This document shows, one piece after another, positions 35,252 to 48,790 of a DNA stretch of 58,294 nt; the first letter of the stretch is position 1, and every line of letters starts with the position of its first letter. Below the pieces are notes generated by a model that was given only the letters and a program-made list of their open reading frames with translations, did not search any database and was not told where the DNA came from. The stretch covers positions 1 to 58,294 of the forward strand of contig PHEO01000001.1 of assembly GCA_002841195.1 (NCBI GenBank), given 5' to 3'. The translations under genes were made by a program, and so were the position numbers. Origin of the DNA: Alphaproteobacteria bacterium HGW-Alphaproteobacteria-11 (lineage in GTDB: Bacteria; Pseudomonadota; Alphaproteobacteria; Parvibaculales; Parvibaculaceae).

Positions 35252-38218
35252 TCAGTTGCCGCGGACGCGCTCTTTGAGCACGGCCAGTGCGGCAAAGGGT
35301 GAATCCGGATCGGGCTCGCGGTCGCGGGGTTTGCGCGGTTCGCGGTGGCTGTTGTCGGGGCGCGTGTTCTTGGCCGGCCGCTCGCCGCGCTCATCGAACT
35401 TGCGCTTCGGCTTCCGGTGGCGCTCGCCGCGTGCTTCGGCCGGTTTCTCGCCGGGCTCCGCCTTTGCCTTGTTTTGCGGCCGGCGCCGCGCGGGCCTGCC
35501 TTCCTGCTTGCGGCGCGCCGGACGCCAGATTTCAAGTTCGACCGCGGCTGCGGTTTCCGCCGGTTCGCCGGGCGCGGTTTCCGCCGGCGCAACCGCTGCA
35601 ACCTCGGCCTGCGGTTCGGGCACGGCTTCCGACATTTCGTCGACGACCGGTGCCGCGATTGCGTCGACGATCTCGGCGAGCGCCGCCTCGGCACTAGTTG
35701 ACGGCGTTGTGGCCTCGACTGCTCCAGCTTCCTGTTTCGGTGCATCGGCCGGGCGCGGCGCGATCGTTTCACGTTGCGAGCGATAGCCGAGACCTTGCAG
35801 CAAACTCGCGAACTCCTCGCCCGAGCAACCGACAAGCGACATCATGTCGGGCGTCACGACAAAGCCGCCATTGTAAGTCCGGGCCGCAATCACCGGGCGG
35901 ATCAGGTCGGCAATGCGTTCGAGCATATCGAGGCGGACGGCGCGCGTGCCGCAGAGGCGAAAGCCCAAGGCCTCGTAGAAACCTTGCGGCGCGGACGGAT
36001 CAGCGGGAAGGGAGGTCAGGCCGGGCGCCGGCGGCTGTGGCAGGCCGGCAAAAGGCTCTTCGACGTCCTTGCGCGCCAGCGCCCAGAGCATCATCAACAG
36101 GCGTGCTGGCGCCGGCTTCAGCAGAGCCGGCATGAAAATCGAGTGCGCGCCGAACCTGACGCCGTGCTTGCGCAACTGGCCGCGCGCGGCCTGGTCGAGC
36201 GTGCGAATGTCCTCGGCCACCCATTCGCGCTTCATCGAGCCGAGGTTTTCGATCAGGCGAAAAGCGACGCCGCGCGCCAGGCCGTCGATGTCCGTGGCAT
36301 CGCGCAGCGCGACCAGCGGCGCCAGTACGTTTGCGACATGCATGGCGAGCCAGCCGTCAAGCCGGGCCTGTACCGCCTCGCGCGCCGCGCCGTCCAGTTC
36401 CTCGCCCGCAATCAGTTCGGCGCGGGGCTTCAACGGTTCGGCAGCGGCTTTCAGATCGGCGACGGGATGGCCGATCCAGACGATTCTTCCGTGATCGGAC
36501 AGGGATATGTCGGCGTCCGGCGCCGTGGCCAGCCGTTGGGCACGCGCCGCTATTTCGCCAGCGAGCGCCTGGTCGGCTGCCGCGCGCAGAACGCGACCCT
36601 GCTCGCCATCGGCTCTTGGGTCGGGAACAAAGACAAATCCCTGAAGGCGGCCGACATACTCGCCCTCCACCAAAACTTCGCCGTCACCGTTAACAGCCGC
36701 CATTAGATCCTCGTTCTGGCGCAGACGCTTCATCAGTACACTGGTGCGGCGGTCGACAAACCGCTGCGTCAGACGCTCGTGCAACGCGTCCGACAGCTTA
36801 TCCTCTATCTTACGCGCGCGCTCCTGCCAATGAGAAGGATCGCGAAGCCAATCTGGACGGTTTGCCACATAAGTCCATGTGCGGATATGGGCGATGCGCG
36901 CGGCGAGCGTGTCGATCTCGCCATCCGTTCGGTCGAGGCGATCGATCTGGCGCGCAAGCCAGTCGTCGGGAATATGTGCGCGCCCGCCTCGGGCAGGTTC
37001 CATAAGAAAGAGATAGAGCCTCGTCAGCAGGTCGGCATGCTCGCTTGCGAGCGTCTTGCGGAAATCGGGAAGCTGGGCCACTTCCCAAAGCCGCTCGATG
37101 GCCGGAGACGACCTGGCGGATGCCTGGACGTCGGGATTGCGGGCCATGCGCGTCAGCGCCTCAAGATCGTCGGCGACCGGCGCGCGGGTGAGGCCGGCGC
37201 GTTCGGGCGGCCATTCGAGGCTTTGCATCAGCGCCGCAAGGCTCGAAAACTCAAGATGCGGATTGCGCCACTGCAGCAGGCGCAGAGGTTCGAAGCGGTG
37301 GCTTTCGATCCGCGACACGGCTTCTTCATCAAGCGGCGGTGTGTCGCCGGTGACGCCGAAGGTGCCGTCGTTCATGTGCCTTCCGGCGCGTCCGGCAATC
37401 TGCGCCAGTTCGGCGACGTGAAGGGGCCGGTGCTGGTATCCGTCGAATTTCTGCGTCGAGGCGAAGGCGACATGGTCGACATCCATGTTGAGACCCATGC
37501 CGATCGCATCGGTTGCGACCAGAAAATCGACGTCGCCCGACTGGTAGAGCGCCACCTGGGCGTTGCGTGTGCGCGGCGAAAGCGCGCCCATGACGACGGC
37601 CGCTCCACCGCGCTGACGGCGGATCAACTCGGCGATCGCATAGACCCGGTCGGCGGAGAAGGCCACCACGGCTGAGCGGCGCGGCAGGCGCGTCAGCTTT
37701 TTCGAGCCCGTCCATGTCAGTTCCGAGAATCGCGGACGGACAATGAAATGCGTCTCCGGTAGTAATTTCTGGATCAGACCTCGGACGGTCTCGGAACCGA
37801 GCATCATGGTTTCAGAGAGACCGCGGGCGCGCAGCAGGCGATCGGTGAAAGTATGTCCACGCTCCCGGTCAGCGGCGAGCTGGATTTCGTCGACGGCCAG
37901 AAACTCGACCGGCCGGTCGAGCGGCATCGCCTCGACCGTGCAGACGAAATAGCGGGCGTCGCGCGGAAGTATTTTCTCTTCGCCGGTAATCAGGGCGACT
38001 TGGCGTTCGCCCTTTGCCTTTGCCACACGGTCATAGACCTCGCGGGCGAGCAGGCGCAGCGGCAGGCCGATCATGCCGGTCTCGTGGCCCATCATTCGTT
38101 CAATGGCGAGATGGGTCTTGCCGGTGTTTGTGGGCCCAAGCACCGCGGTGACGCGGCGGCGTTCGGCAAGACCGTCGCGGGCGTGGCGGGCGGATGTGGA
38201 GGGGGGTGGGGTACTCAT
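35252..38218 (-). CDS. SUV3-like SF2 helicase
   Basis: GPTNTGKT, PLRLLA, DEIQ, ATDAIGMGLN, QIAGRAGR. Confidence 0.93.
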   Translation of the reverse strand: MSTPPPSTSARHARDGLAERRRVTAVLGPTNTGKTHLAIERMMGHETGMIGLPLRLLAREVYDRVAKAKGERQVALITGEEKILPRDARYFVCTVEAMPLDRPVEFLAVDEIQLAADRERGHTFTDRLLRARGLSETMMLGSETVRGLIQKLLPETHFIVRPRFSELTWTGSKKLTRLPRRSAVVAFSADRVYAIAELIRRQRGGAAVVMGALSPRTRNAQVALYQSGDVDFLVATDAIGMGLNMDVDHVAFASTQKFDGYQHRPLHVAELAQIAGRAGRHMNDGTFGVTGDTPPLDEEAVSRIESHRFEPLRLLQWRNPHLEFSSLAALMQSLEWPPERAGLTRAPVADDLEALTRMARNPDVQASARSSPAIERLWEVAQLPDFRKTLASEHADLLTRLYLFLMEPARGGRAHIPDDWLARQIDRLDRTDGEIDTLAARIAHIRTWTYVANRPDWLRDPSHWQERARKIEDKLSDALHERLTQRFVDRRTSVLMKRLRQNEDLMAAVNGDGEVLVEGEYVGRLQGFVFVPDPRADGEQGRVLRAAADQALAGEIAARAQRLATAPDADISLSDHGRIVWIGHPVADLKAAAEPLKPRAELIAGEELDGAAREAVQARLDGWLAMHVANVLAPLVALRDATDIDGLARGVAFRLIENLGSMKREWVAEDIRTLDQAARGQLRKHGVRFGAHSIFMPALLKPAPARLLMMLWALARKDVEEPFAGLPQPPAPGLTSLPADPSAPQGFYEALGFRLCGTRAVRLDMLERIADLIRPVIAARTYNGGFVVTPDMMSLVGCSGEEFASLLQGLGYRSQRETIAPRPADAPKQEAGAVEATTPSTSAEAALAEIVDAIAAPVVDEMSEAVPEPQAEVAAVAPAETAPGEPAETAAAVELEIWRPARRKQEGRPARRRPQNKAKAEPGEKPAEARGERHRKPKRKFDERGERPAKNTRPDNSHREPRKPRDREPDPDSPFAALAVLKERVRGN

Positions 38219-38565
38219 GTTTCCGAGGCGCACCTTCGGGGCAAACCGGACAGGAAGCAAGCGCGCCGGTCCATTAACCGAGCGGGCGTTAAGTACTGGA
38301 ATATTGGGCGAACGAACCGGGTCCGAATCGCTGACGGGCTCGTCTTCCGTCTTCGTTCACGGCTAAATCTTGTGGTTGGACAATAGTTTAGGCAGACAAA
38401 TCGTTAACGCAAAAATTTTGCGGCACCTTCCGCAGCGTTGGGGCGGTCGTACGCGCGGGGTGCGCGCGCTGGCTCTTTCCGATACTGGACCGCGGTCTAT
38501 AGTGACGGTCAACGGCATTTGTCATCAGGCCCGTCAGAGGCCGGCGATACCCCCGGGAGGACGCT

Positions 38566-39858
38566 ATGGATTTCAGGATCCCCAAAGACGTTACCGACTA
38601 TCTCCATGTGCTCGACGATTTCATCGAGAAGGAAATCAAACCGCTGCAGGCGCGGGACGACAATGAGCGGTTCTTCGACCATCGCCGCGAGCACGCCCGC
38701 ACCGACTGGGACAATCAGGGTCTGCCGCGTCACGATTGGGAAGTATTGCTTGGCGAAATGCGCAAACTTGCCGACAAGGCCGGCCACCTGCGCTACGCGC
38801 TTCCGAAGGAATATGGCGGCAAGGACGGCACCAATCTCGCGATGGCGGTGATCCGCGATCATCTGGCCGCCAAGGGTCTCGGCCTTCACAACGATCTTCA
38901 GAACGAGACATCGGTTGTCGGCAATTTTCCGACGGTCCTGATGTTCCGTGACTTCGGGACGGATGAGCAGAAGAAGAAGTTCATTCCCGGCTCGCTCGAC
39001 GGCTCTGTTCGTGTCGCCTTCGGGCTCACCGAACCCGAACACGGCTCGGACGCGACATGGATGGAGACGACCGCCAAGCGTGAAAAGCGGGACGGTGTCG
39101 ACGGCTGGCTGATAAACGGCAGCAAAATGTGGAACACGGGCATGCATGTGGCGACGCATGATTTCGTGTTCGCGCGGACCAGCGGCAAGGGCGGCGATGC
39201 GCTCGGTATCACCTGTTTCATTGTGCCTGTTGATACGCCCGGCGTGAAGATCGAGGAATATCTCTGGACATTCAACATGCCGACCGACCATCCGCGCGTG
39301 TCGTTCACGAATGTCTGGGTGCCGGACGGTTCATATCTCGGCGACCCCGAGCGCGGCCTCGAACTCGCGCAGCATTTTGTGCATGAAAACCGTATTCGCC
39401 AGGCGGCTTCGGGCGTTGGCGCGGCGCAGTATTGTATCGACGAAAGCGTTGCCTACGCCAAGCAGCGCAAGCCTTTCGGCAAGCCGCTGGCATCCAATCA
39501 GGCGATCCAGTTTCCGTTGATCGAAGCGCATACCGAATGCGAGATGATCCGCAACTTCATCTACAAGACGGCGTGGGAGATGGACCAGATGTCCAAGCCC
39601 GACGTTGCCAGGTATCTTTCCGACAAGGTTTCGATGTGCAACTACCGTGCGAACCGGCTGGTTTGCCAGGCTGCGGATCTTGCGATCCAGGTGCACGGCG
39701 CGATCGGCTATTCGCGGCACAAGCCCTTCGAACACATCTACCGCCATCATCGCCGCTACCGGATTACCGAAGGTTCGGAGGAAATCCAGATGCGCAAGGT
39801 CGGCGGGCACCTGTTTGGATATATCGGTGCGAACCGGCCGGCGAAAGCGGCCGAATAG
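38566..39858 (+). CDS. Acyl-CoA dehydrogenase
   Basis: FGLTEPEHGSDA, NGSKMW, QAIQFPL, QVHGAIG, RITEGSEEIQ; SD GGAGGA. Confidence 0.93.
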   Translation: MDFRIPKDVTDYLHVLDDFIEKEIKPLQARDDNERFFDHRREHARTDWDNQGLPRHDWEVLLGEMRKLADKAGHLRYALPKEYGGKDGTNLAMAVIRDHLAAKGLGLHNDLQNETSVVGNFPTVLMFRDFGTDEQKKKFIPGSLDGSVRVAFGLTEPEHGSDATWMETTAKREKRDGVDGWLINGSKMWNTGMHVATHDFVFARTSGKGGDALGITCFIVPVDTPGVKIEEYLWTFNMPTDHPRVSFTNVWVPDGSYLGDPERGLELAQHFVHENRIRQAASGVGAAQYCIDESVAYAKQRKPFGKPLASNQAIQFPLIEAHTECEMIRNFIYKTAWEMDQMSKPDVARYLSDKVSMCNYRANRLVCQAADLAIQVHGAIGYSRHKPFEHIYRHHRRYRITEGSEEIQMRKVGGHLFGYIGANRPAKAAE

Positions 39859-39891
39859 CCGACAGATGACACCGTCGAGGCCGCCTTGCGA

Positions 39892-42297
<2,406 letters not shown>

Positions 42298-42481
42298 CTG
42301 AACGGGGCTCCTCCCCCAGGTTAGAACCCCACGTCGTATGAGGTTAAGGGGAAGGAGGTAAAGTTTCCCTGAATGCCGGATTTTGTCCACAAAAGGGCGA
42401 TTTCGGTCCTTCGGCGAAGGCACACAAAGCGATGCACCGCTTCATGCGCGCGCCGTCCGCCTGGATGTCTGCGGATTCGGG

Positions 42482-43180
42482 TTAGTAGGCGCCAGGTATT
42501 GTTGTGCTTGGAATCTCGTGGCGCCTCGGACGGGGCCGACGACCCTCGATCTCACAGCTGTTTTTGACAGCCTGGTCTACCTGTGTTGCCGGCGTCCAGT
42601 AACGTGGTGACCATTCGGCCACGAGACTTTCTGCTGCGGCATTTTGCGGTGGGGTGATTTTGTCTCGAAATGCGAGGGTGACATCTCGGTCGGGTTGCAC
42701 ACCGAGCGAGAGAAGGGCCGGATTGCGGCTGTAGAGTTTTGCCCACTTGGCAGCCTCGACGGTGTCGCGCGTCGTTACATCGCCATCGAGATACATTTGT
42801 GCGAGAAGCTTCTGGGCGTCAGGCCAACCGGCCTCTGCGGCGCGGCGGAGCCATTCGATCCCTTCGGCGTGTTCGCCGCCGGCGATCATGCATTGGCCGA
42901 GCGCCGTTTGCGCGCCCTCATAGCCGTGGCCGCGATAGGAAAAGCAGGTCAGCACGTCGAGCGTCCGGTCGTCGCACTCGCCGCGCGCCGCGTCGCTGAT
43001 CGACTTTGCATAGAGCGTCCCGGTCGGGTCCTGCTCTGCCAAGGACGGCAACACACGTCCGTCGGAATCGCGTTTGCGGGCAGCGCTGCCGCCGGAGCAG
43101 GCCGTAATTGCAAAAGCCGCCAGGCAAATTGCGATGATTGCGGTTGCCGACGCGCTCGGACGAACTCGGATCACGGACAT
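42482..43180 (-). CDS. Sel1-like repeat lipoprotein
   Basis: Lipobox ITAC; AQTALG, WLRRAAEAG..DAQKLLAQMYLDG. Confidence 0.8.
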   Translation of the reverse strand: MSVIRVRPSASATAIIAICLAAFAITACSGGSAARKRDSDGRVLPSLAEQDPTGTLYAKSISDAARGECDDRTLDVLTCFSYRGHGYEGAQTALGQCMIAGGEHAEGIEWLRRAAEAGWPDAQKLLAQMYLDGDVTTRDTVEAAKWAKLYSRNPALLSLGVQPDRDVTLAFRDKITPPQNAAAESLVAEWSPRYWTPATQVDQAVKNSCEIEGRRPRPRRHEIPSTTIPGAY

Positions 43181-43459
43181 TCTTCCCCTCAGATTCTCTG
43201 TGCCGCATATCATGGTTGCGGCATTCGCTTGGTCCCTGCGGCTCTACCGTAAGGCATGTGTCCAATGGCGGCCAGAGCGCGGCTGCGATTTGGCCCGCGA
43301 TCTGACGCAGCGGAACGGTGGTCTTGACCCCCTGCTTCCGGGCGGTTTGACCATGCCGGAAGGTTCCCCGATACTCCGGCCGCATTTTTGGGACCGGCGC
43401 CGCTATGTTACAGTAGCGACAGGGGAATATCCGGGATTTTCGAGCGGGTTGACGACGAA

Positions 43460-45616
43460 ATGGCCGACAAGAAGACGCTTCAGGACTGGGAAGCCGCGGT
43501 TTCAAAGCAGACCAAAGGCGCGGGTTCGACCTCGCTGGTCTGGAAGACGCCGGAAGGCATCGACGTCAAGCCGCTCTACACGGCCGACGATCTGGAGCGG
43601 CTGGCGGCGGATGGATTTGACGCCGACACGCTGCCGGGTTTTGCACCTTACACGCGTGGTCCGCAGGCAACGATGTATGCCGGACGGCCATGGACGATTC
43701 GGCAATATGCCGGATTTTCGACGGCGGAGGAGTCGAACGCCTTTTACCGGCGCAATCTCGCCGGCGGCCAGAAGGGCCTTTCGGTCGCTTTCGATCTTGC
43801 AACGCATCGCGGCTATGACAGCGACCATCCGCGCGTCGTCGGCGATGTCGGCAAGGCGGGCGTTGCGATCGACTCGGTCGAAGACATGAAAATCCTCTTC
43901 GACCAGATTCCGCTCGATGAAATGTCCGTCTCGATGACGATGAACGGCGCCGTCATTCCCATTCTCGCCAACTACATTGTGGCGGCCGAGGAGCAGGGTG
44001 TGAAGCCCGAGCAGCTCGAGGGCACCATTCAGAACGATATTCTGAAAGAGTTCATGGTGCGCAACACCTATATCTATCCGCCCGAACCTTCGATGCGCAT
44101 CGTCGCCGACATTATCGGCTTCTGTTCGAAGAACATGCCGAAGTTCAACACGATCTCGATTTCCGGCTATCACATGCAGGAAGCGGGCGCGACGCAGGTC
44201 CAGGAACTTGCCTTCACACTGGCCGACGGCCGCGAGTATGTGCGCGCGGCGCTGGCCGCCGGTCTCGATGTCGACGATTTCGCACCCCGTCTTTCCTTCT
44301 TCTTCGCCATCGGCATGAATTTTTTCATGGAGATCGCCAAGCTTCGCGCGGCGCGGTTCCTGTGGTCGAGGATCATGGCCGAGTTCAAGCCGAAAGACCT
44401 GAAGTCGTCGATGCTGCGGACGCATTGCCAGACATCCGGTGTCTCGCTTACCGAGCAAGATCCCTACAACAACGTCATTCGCACGACGATCGAGGCGATG
44501 GCGGCGGTGCTTGGCGGTACGCAGTCGTTGCACACCAATGCGCTCGATGAGGCGATTGCCTTGCCGACGGATTTCTCGGCGCGCATCGCGCGCAACACGC
44601 AGCTCGTCATCCAGCACGAAACGGGCATCCCCAAGGTCATCGACCCGATGGGCGGGTCCTACTACATGGAAAGCCTGACCCATGCGCTGGCCAGCGAAGC
44701 GTGGAAGCTGATCGAGGAAGTCGAGGAGCTTGGTGGCATGACCAAGGCGGTCGCCACCGGTATGCCGAAGCTGAAGATCGAGGAAGCTGCGGCGCGCAAG
44801 CAGGCGCGCATCGATCGGGGCGAGGAAGTCATTGTCGGGGTCAACAAGTACCGGCTGTCCAAGGAAGACCCGCTCGACATTCTCGACATCGACAACGCCA
44901 AGGTGCGCGAAGCGCAGGTGGCGCGGCTGAAGAAGGTGCGGTCGACGCGCGACGAGGCGAAATGCCGGTCGACACTCGCCGCGCTTACGGAGGGCGCGCG
45001 CGGCAACGGCAATCTGCTGGCGCTCGCCGTCGACGCGGCGCGGGCGCGTGCGACTGTCGGCGAGATTTCGGATGCGATGGAAGAAGTGTTCGGCCGCCAC
45101 CGCGCCGAGATAAAATCGATCTCGGGCGTCTACGCGCAGGCTTACGAAGGAGATGAGGGCTTCATGAAGATTTCAAAGGAAATCGAAGCGTTCGCTGAAG
45201 CCGAAGGCCGGCGCCCGCGTATGCTGGTCGTGAAGATGGGGCAGGACGGGCACGACCGGGGTGCCAAGGTAATCGCGACGGCATTTGCCGATCTCGGGTT
45301 CGATGTCGATGTCGGCCCGCTCTTCCAGACGCCGGAAGAGGCGGCGCGCGATGCGATCGAGAACGATGTTCATGTCATCGGCATCTCCAGTCTCGCCGCC
45401 GGCCACAAGACGCTGGTGCCCGCGCTTGCCAAAGCGCTGAAAGACGAAGGCGCCGACGATATCCTGATCATCTGCGGTGGTGTCATTCCGGCACAGGATT
45501 ATGACTTCTTGAAAAAGGCCGGCGCCTCGGCGATTTTCGGTCCGGGTACGAACATTCCGTCCGCGGCCCTTGAAATTCTGACGCTTATCCGCGAGAAACG
45601 CCGTCGCGCGGCTTAA
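43460..45616 (+). CDS. scpA: Methylmalonyl-CoA mutase
   Basis: [23 protein letters not shown]12-binding [11 protein letters not shown]. Confidence 0.96.
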   Translation: MADKKTLQDWEAAVSKQTKGAGSTSLVWKTPEGIDVKPLYTADDLERLAADGFDADTLPGFAPYTRGPQATMYAGRPWTIRQYAGFSTAEESNAFYRRNLAGGQKGLSVAFDLATHRGYDSDHPRVVGDVGKAGVAIDSVEDMKILFDQIPLDEMSVSMTMNGAVIPILANYIVAAEEQGVKPEQLEGTIQNDILKEFMVRNTYIYPPEPSMRIVADIIGFCSKNMPKFNTISISGYHMQEAGATQVQELAFTLADGREYVRAALAAGLDVDDFAPRLSFFFAIGMNFFMEIAKLRAARFLWSRIMAEFKPKDLKSSMLRTHCQTSGVSLTEQDPYNNVIRTTIEAMAAVLGGTQSLHTNALDEAIALPTDFSARIARNTQLVIQHETGIPKVIDPMGGSYYMESLTHALASEAWKLIEEVEELGGMTKAVATGMPKLKIEEAAARKQARIDRGEEVIVGVNKYRLSKEDPLDILDIDNAKVREAQVARLKKVRSTRDEAKCRSTLAALTEGARGNGNLLALAVDAARARATVGEISDAMEEVFGRHRAEIKSISGVYAQAYEGDEGFMKISKEIEAFAEAEGRRPRMLVVKMGQDGHDRGAKVIATAFADLGFDVDVGPLFQTPEEAARDAIENDVHVIGISSLAAGHKTLVPALAKALKDEGADDILIICGGVIPAQDYDFLKKAGASAIFGPGTNIPSAALEILTLIREKRRRAA

Positions 45617-45904
45617 TTGCCTGTAAAATCAGCACTTATCTCATCTGCCTACGTGTGAGGCTCCGTGTGCGTCAAAAGAGCACGATGCTCTTTTCGATGT
45701 TGCAACTGCTCACACGCATCGCTATTTCGCTCCCAGACGCCCGGGCAAAGATTCGGGCAGGTGATGGCACGCGTGCCGCTCGAACGATCTCTGAGCCGCC
45801 GCCAATGGGCCATACCAGGCAAGCTGTGCCCTTCCGGGTTGGGAAACCCCGGGAAAACATAGCTGCCGCGACAGGTTCCAAATATGAGAGATCCCGGAGG
45901 TGTG

Positions 45905-46153
45905 ATGAGCACCGGCGAAGGTTTTGCGCGCCCGAAGCGGCGTCGTCTTGTCGATATGAGTGCGCCCGGTCAGAAAAACCCGGACGAGCAGCAACGCGCC
46001 TATTACGACATGCTGTCGGCGAGGCTTGAAGGATTGTTGGAAGAAATCGAGCAAGCCGGAACGTCGCCCGATGACGATCTGGTGAAGCGCCTTCGCGCGC
46101 TTTATTCCGAGGTCAGCAAGCCTGTTGGCCGCGCGAAGGCACACGAAGACTGA
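45905..46153 (+). CDS. Small hypothetical protein (82 aa)
   Basis: SD GGAGG before ATG; predicted helical; fills an intergenic gap. Confidence 0.6.
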   Translation: MSTGEGFARPKRRRLVDMSAPGQKNPDEQQRAYYDMLSARLEGLLEEIEQAGTSPDDDLVKRLRALYSEVSKPVGRAKAHED

Positions 46154-46160
46154 TCGTTGC

Positions 46161-47051
46161 CTATTTGGCGGCCGCGGTTTTCGCGGCTGTGCCGTTCGCA
46201 GCGTGCTGACGAAGTTTCACGATATCCATGATGGCGCCGCCGATTGGCGTCCTCACCTGAATGCGGACAGGAATGTAGATGCTTCCACCGTTTACGGGGG
46301 CGAGCCAAATATGCGCATTGTCGCGCTGCTGCAGCATCCGGATGAAGCTCGTCTGGCGCATGCCGCTGCGCGGCGCCATCTGAACCGAACAACGGATCGC
46401 CTCGCCACTATAGCCCTTGTCGCGTGTCGTCACCGTGCCTTCCCGGTCGAACGCAAGCCGGAGGTCGTAGCGCCTTTTGCCGTCGAAGATCGCGAGTGTG
46501 CGATCGCAGGGATTGTTGCCCGCAACAACGGGTACGAGCAGGGCGCTGATCGGATCGAGCGTGTTTTGCCGCTCATGTGGCAGGACGTGAATCTTTTCAT
46601 TTGGCCTCAACGGCGGATCGAACGTCATTTCCGGGCGACCTGTAGCGTCGTAGGTCATTTCGCGATATTTGATTTTGCCGCCCTCGTCTGAGTGGAAGGT
46701 GAAACGTCCCGGTTGTGGACGCGCGTTGTCAATCCGTCCCTCACTTTCCATCGTCCATTTGGCGTCGAAGAAATTCTTAGGCACGCCCGCAACGCCGAGA
46801 AAGCTTTGCAGGTCGTATGCATCGTCGTTCAGCGTCGCGCGGATCGTACCTTCCGCTGCCTTGAAGCCCCCGATATAGACCGTGTAATCGGCGCTGACCG
46901 CCGAGGCGTCGCGTTCCGATTCGGCCGGACCGACGGCTGCCGTTGCCCCGGCCGGCACTGCCGCGAGCACGAACATACCGGCGGCGATGACCGGTCCAGC
47001 TATTGCCTTCCATCCCGTACCAGATTTCGTTTGCGCCATTTTCGTCACCAT
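46161..47051 (-). CDS. DUF3108 family secreted protein
   Basis: Signal peptide; TLDPISA, IFDGKRRYDL, IWLAP, IPVRI motifs; start uncertain. Confidence 0.8.
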   Translation of the reverse strand: MVTKMAQTKSGTGWKAIAGPVIAAGMFVLAAVPAGATAAVGPAESERDASAVSADYTVYIGGFKAAEGTIRATLNDDAYDLQSFLGVAGVPKNFFDAKWTMESEGRIDNARPQPGRFTFHSDEGGKIKYREMTYDATGRPEMTFDPPLRPNEKIHVLPHERQNTLDPISALLVPVVAGNNPCDRTLAIFDGKRRYDLRLAFDREGTVTTRDKGYSGEAIRCSVQMAPRSGMRQTSFIRMLQQRDNAHIWLAPVNGGSIYIPVRIQVRTPIGGAIMDIVKLRQHAANGTAAKTAAAK

Positions 47052-47195
47052 GTTCGGGCCCGTCGGGGATTTCCTGGGGTGCCGGCATCGAAAGGGCTTT
47101 ATGGTCGCCAAGCCTGTGTGAACCGGCGATGAACAGCGGACAGAGCCGTGCGGCAGGGCTGGACGAGGCCGGTATTGACCAAGTATGCAACTAAA

Positions 47196-48239
47196 ATGGC
47201 AACTGGACCCGATCAAAAGCAGCAGAAACGACAGGCCCTGAACCAGGCGCTGCCAGATCCGGTGGAACTGGCGACCAGCATCCGGGCTGGAAGCCGCAGC
47301 GCGCTGGCGCGCGGCATCACGCTTGTCGAATCCTCCCGCGCGGATCATCAGGAAATTGCGCAGGCACTGCTCGCCGACCTGCTGCCCGATACGGGCAAGT
47401 CCATCCGGCTCGGCATGTCCGGGGCGCCTGGCGTCGGTAAATCCACCTTCATCGAGGCGTTCGGCCAGCTCCTGACCGGAAAGGGCCTCCGGATCGCCGT
47501 TCTGGCGATCGATCCCTCCTCGACGCGAACCGGCGGTTCGATCCTCGGCGACAAGACACGCATGGAGCTGCTGGCGCGCGATCCGAACGCCTTCATCAGA
47601 CCCTCGCCGTCAGGCGGTACGCTTGGCGGGGTGGCGCGGCGGACACGCGAGGCGATGCTGCTTGTCGAGGCCGCGGGCTACGACGTCGTTCTTGTCGAGA
47701 CGGTGGGGGTCGGCCAGTCCGAGACCTCCGTTGCCGACATGGTCGATATGTTCCTGCTTCTACTGGCGCCCGGCGGTGGCGATGAGTTGCAGGGCATCAA
47801 GCGGGGCATCATGGAGCTTGCGGACCTGATCGTGGTTAACAAGGCCGATGGCGATCTCGTTCCGGCTGCCCGGCGCGCGCAAATGGAATATCAGGCGGCG
47901 CTGCATCTGATGCGGCCCAAAAATGCCGGCTGGACGCCGCATGTCCTGCTTGCATCGGCGCTCAAGGGCGAGGGGCTCGACAAGGTCTGGGAGGCGGCAG
48001 TAGCGCACCGCAAGGCCCTGACGGAAGCCGGCGACCTCGCGCGGTTGCGGGCGGCCCAGGCGAAAGCCTGGTTCTGGACCGAACTCCGGGAAGGGCTCTT
48101 TTCGGCGCTCAAGAGCGATCGGCAGGCGGCGGCGCTGGTGCCGGAACTGGAGCGTGAGGTGGCTGGAGGCCAAACGACCCCGACGGCGGCTGCGCGGCGG
48201 CTTCTGGGCCTTGTGCTCGGTCGCTCGAACGGGGTCTGA
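47196..48239 (+). CDS. meaB: Methylmalonyl-CoA mutase-associated GTPase MeaB
   Basis: [37 protein letters not shown]. Confidence 0.95.
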   Translation: MATGPDQKQQKRQALNQALPDPVELATSIRAGSRSALARGITLVESSRADHQEIAQALLADLLPDTGKSIRLGMSGAPGVGKSTFIEAFGQLLTGKGLRIAVLAIDPSSTRTGGSILGDKTRMELLARDPNAFIRPSPSGGTLGGVARRTREAMLLVEAAGYDVVLVETVGVGQSETSVADMVDMFLLLLAPGGGDELQGIKRGIMELADLIVVNKADGDLVPAARRAQMEYQAALHLMRPKNAGWTPHVLLASALKGEGLDKVWEAAVAHRKALTEAGDLARLRAAQAKAWFWTELREGLFSALKSDRQAAALVPELEREVAGGQTTPTAAARRLLGLVLGRSNGV

Positions 48240-48246
48240 ACGGGCC

Positions 48247-48275
48247 TTGACGGGCTCTCCCGGGCCTTTTATACG
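48247..48275 (+). promoter_or_regulatory. Sigma70-type promoter of rpmB
   Basis: TTGACG-N17-TATACG. Confidence 0.6.
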
Positions 48276-48339
48276 TGCCCGCCTGCATGGGCTGCGCGGG
48301 AAACTGCGGCAGCCCGATGAATTTACAAAGGAAGTCCCC

Positions 48340-48630
48340 ATGTCCCGCCGCTGCGAACTGTCCGGCAAGGCCGTGATGTCCGGCAACAATGTCAGTCATG
48401 CCAACCGCAAGACGCGGCGCAAGTTCCTGCCGAATCTCTGTCAGGTGACGTTGATCAGCGACGCGCTGGGCCGGCAGGTCAGCCTGCGCATCTCGGCGCA
48501 TGCGCTGCGTTCGGTCGAGCACAATGGCGGGTTGGACCCGTTCCTGCTCAAGGCTGCCGATGCGCAGCTTTCCTCCCGCGCGCTCAAATTGAAGCGGGCG
48601 GTCGAGAAGGCGCAGACAGCGGCTGCCTGA
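48340..48630 (+). CDS. rpmB: 50S ribosomal protein L28
   Basis: [10 protein letters not shown]...[18 protein letters not shown]. Confidence 0.97.
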   Translation: MSRRCELSGKAVMSGNNVSHANRKTRRKFLPNLCQVTLISDALGRQVSLRISAHALRSVEHNGGLDPFLLKAADAQLSSRALKLKRAVEKAQTAAA

Positions 48631-48663
48631 CCCCGCGTCCGGCGCGGTGCGCTTTTGAAAGAC

Positions 48664-48693
48664 GGGCGGCCCCAGGGCCGCCCTTTTCTTTTT
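48664..48693 (+). terminator. Intrinsic terminator after rpmB
   Basis: GGGCGGCCC-CA-GGGCCGCCC-TTTTCTTTTT. Confidence 0.85.
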
Positions 48694-48790
48694 CCGCAAA
48701 TTTTACCCAATTTATCGAAAATCGAGCCGCGGCCTTTCAGGCTGTGGTCCACGCCGCTAGACTTCGCCCCGTTGTTTTGGGGGTGTGCGA

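Noticed and set aside
38360-38375. NrdR-box-like sequence upstream of the helicase
   Set aside because: Only a partial match (CTAAATCTTGTG) and no clear second box.
43214-43459. Cobalamin riboswitch upstream of scpA (also checked before cobS)
   Set aside because: No recognisable B12-box or conserved GGGAA...GCCACTG core was seen.
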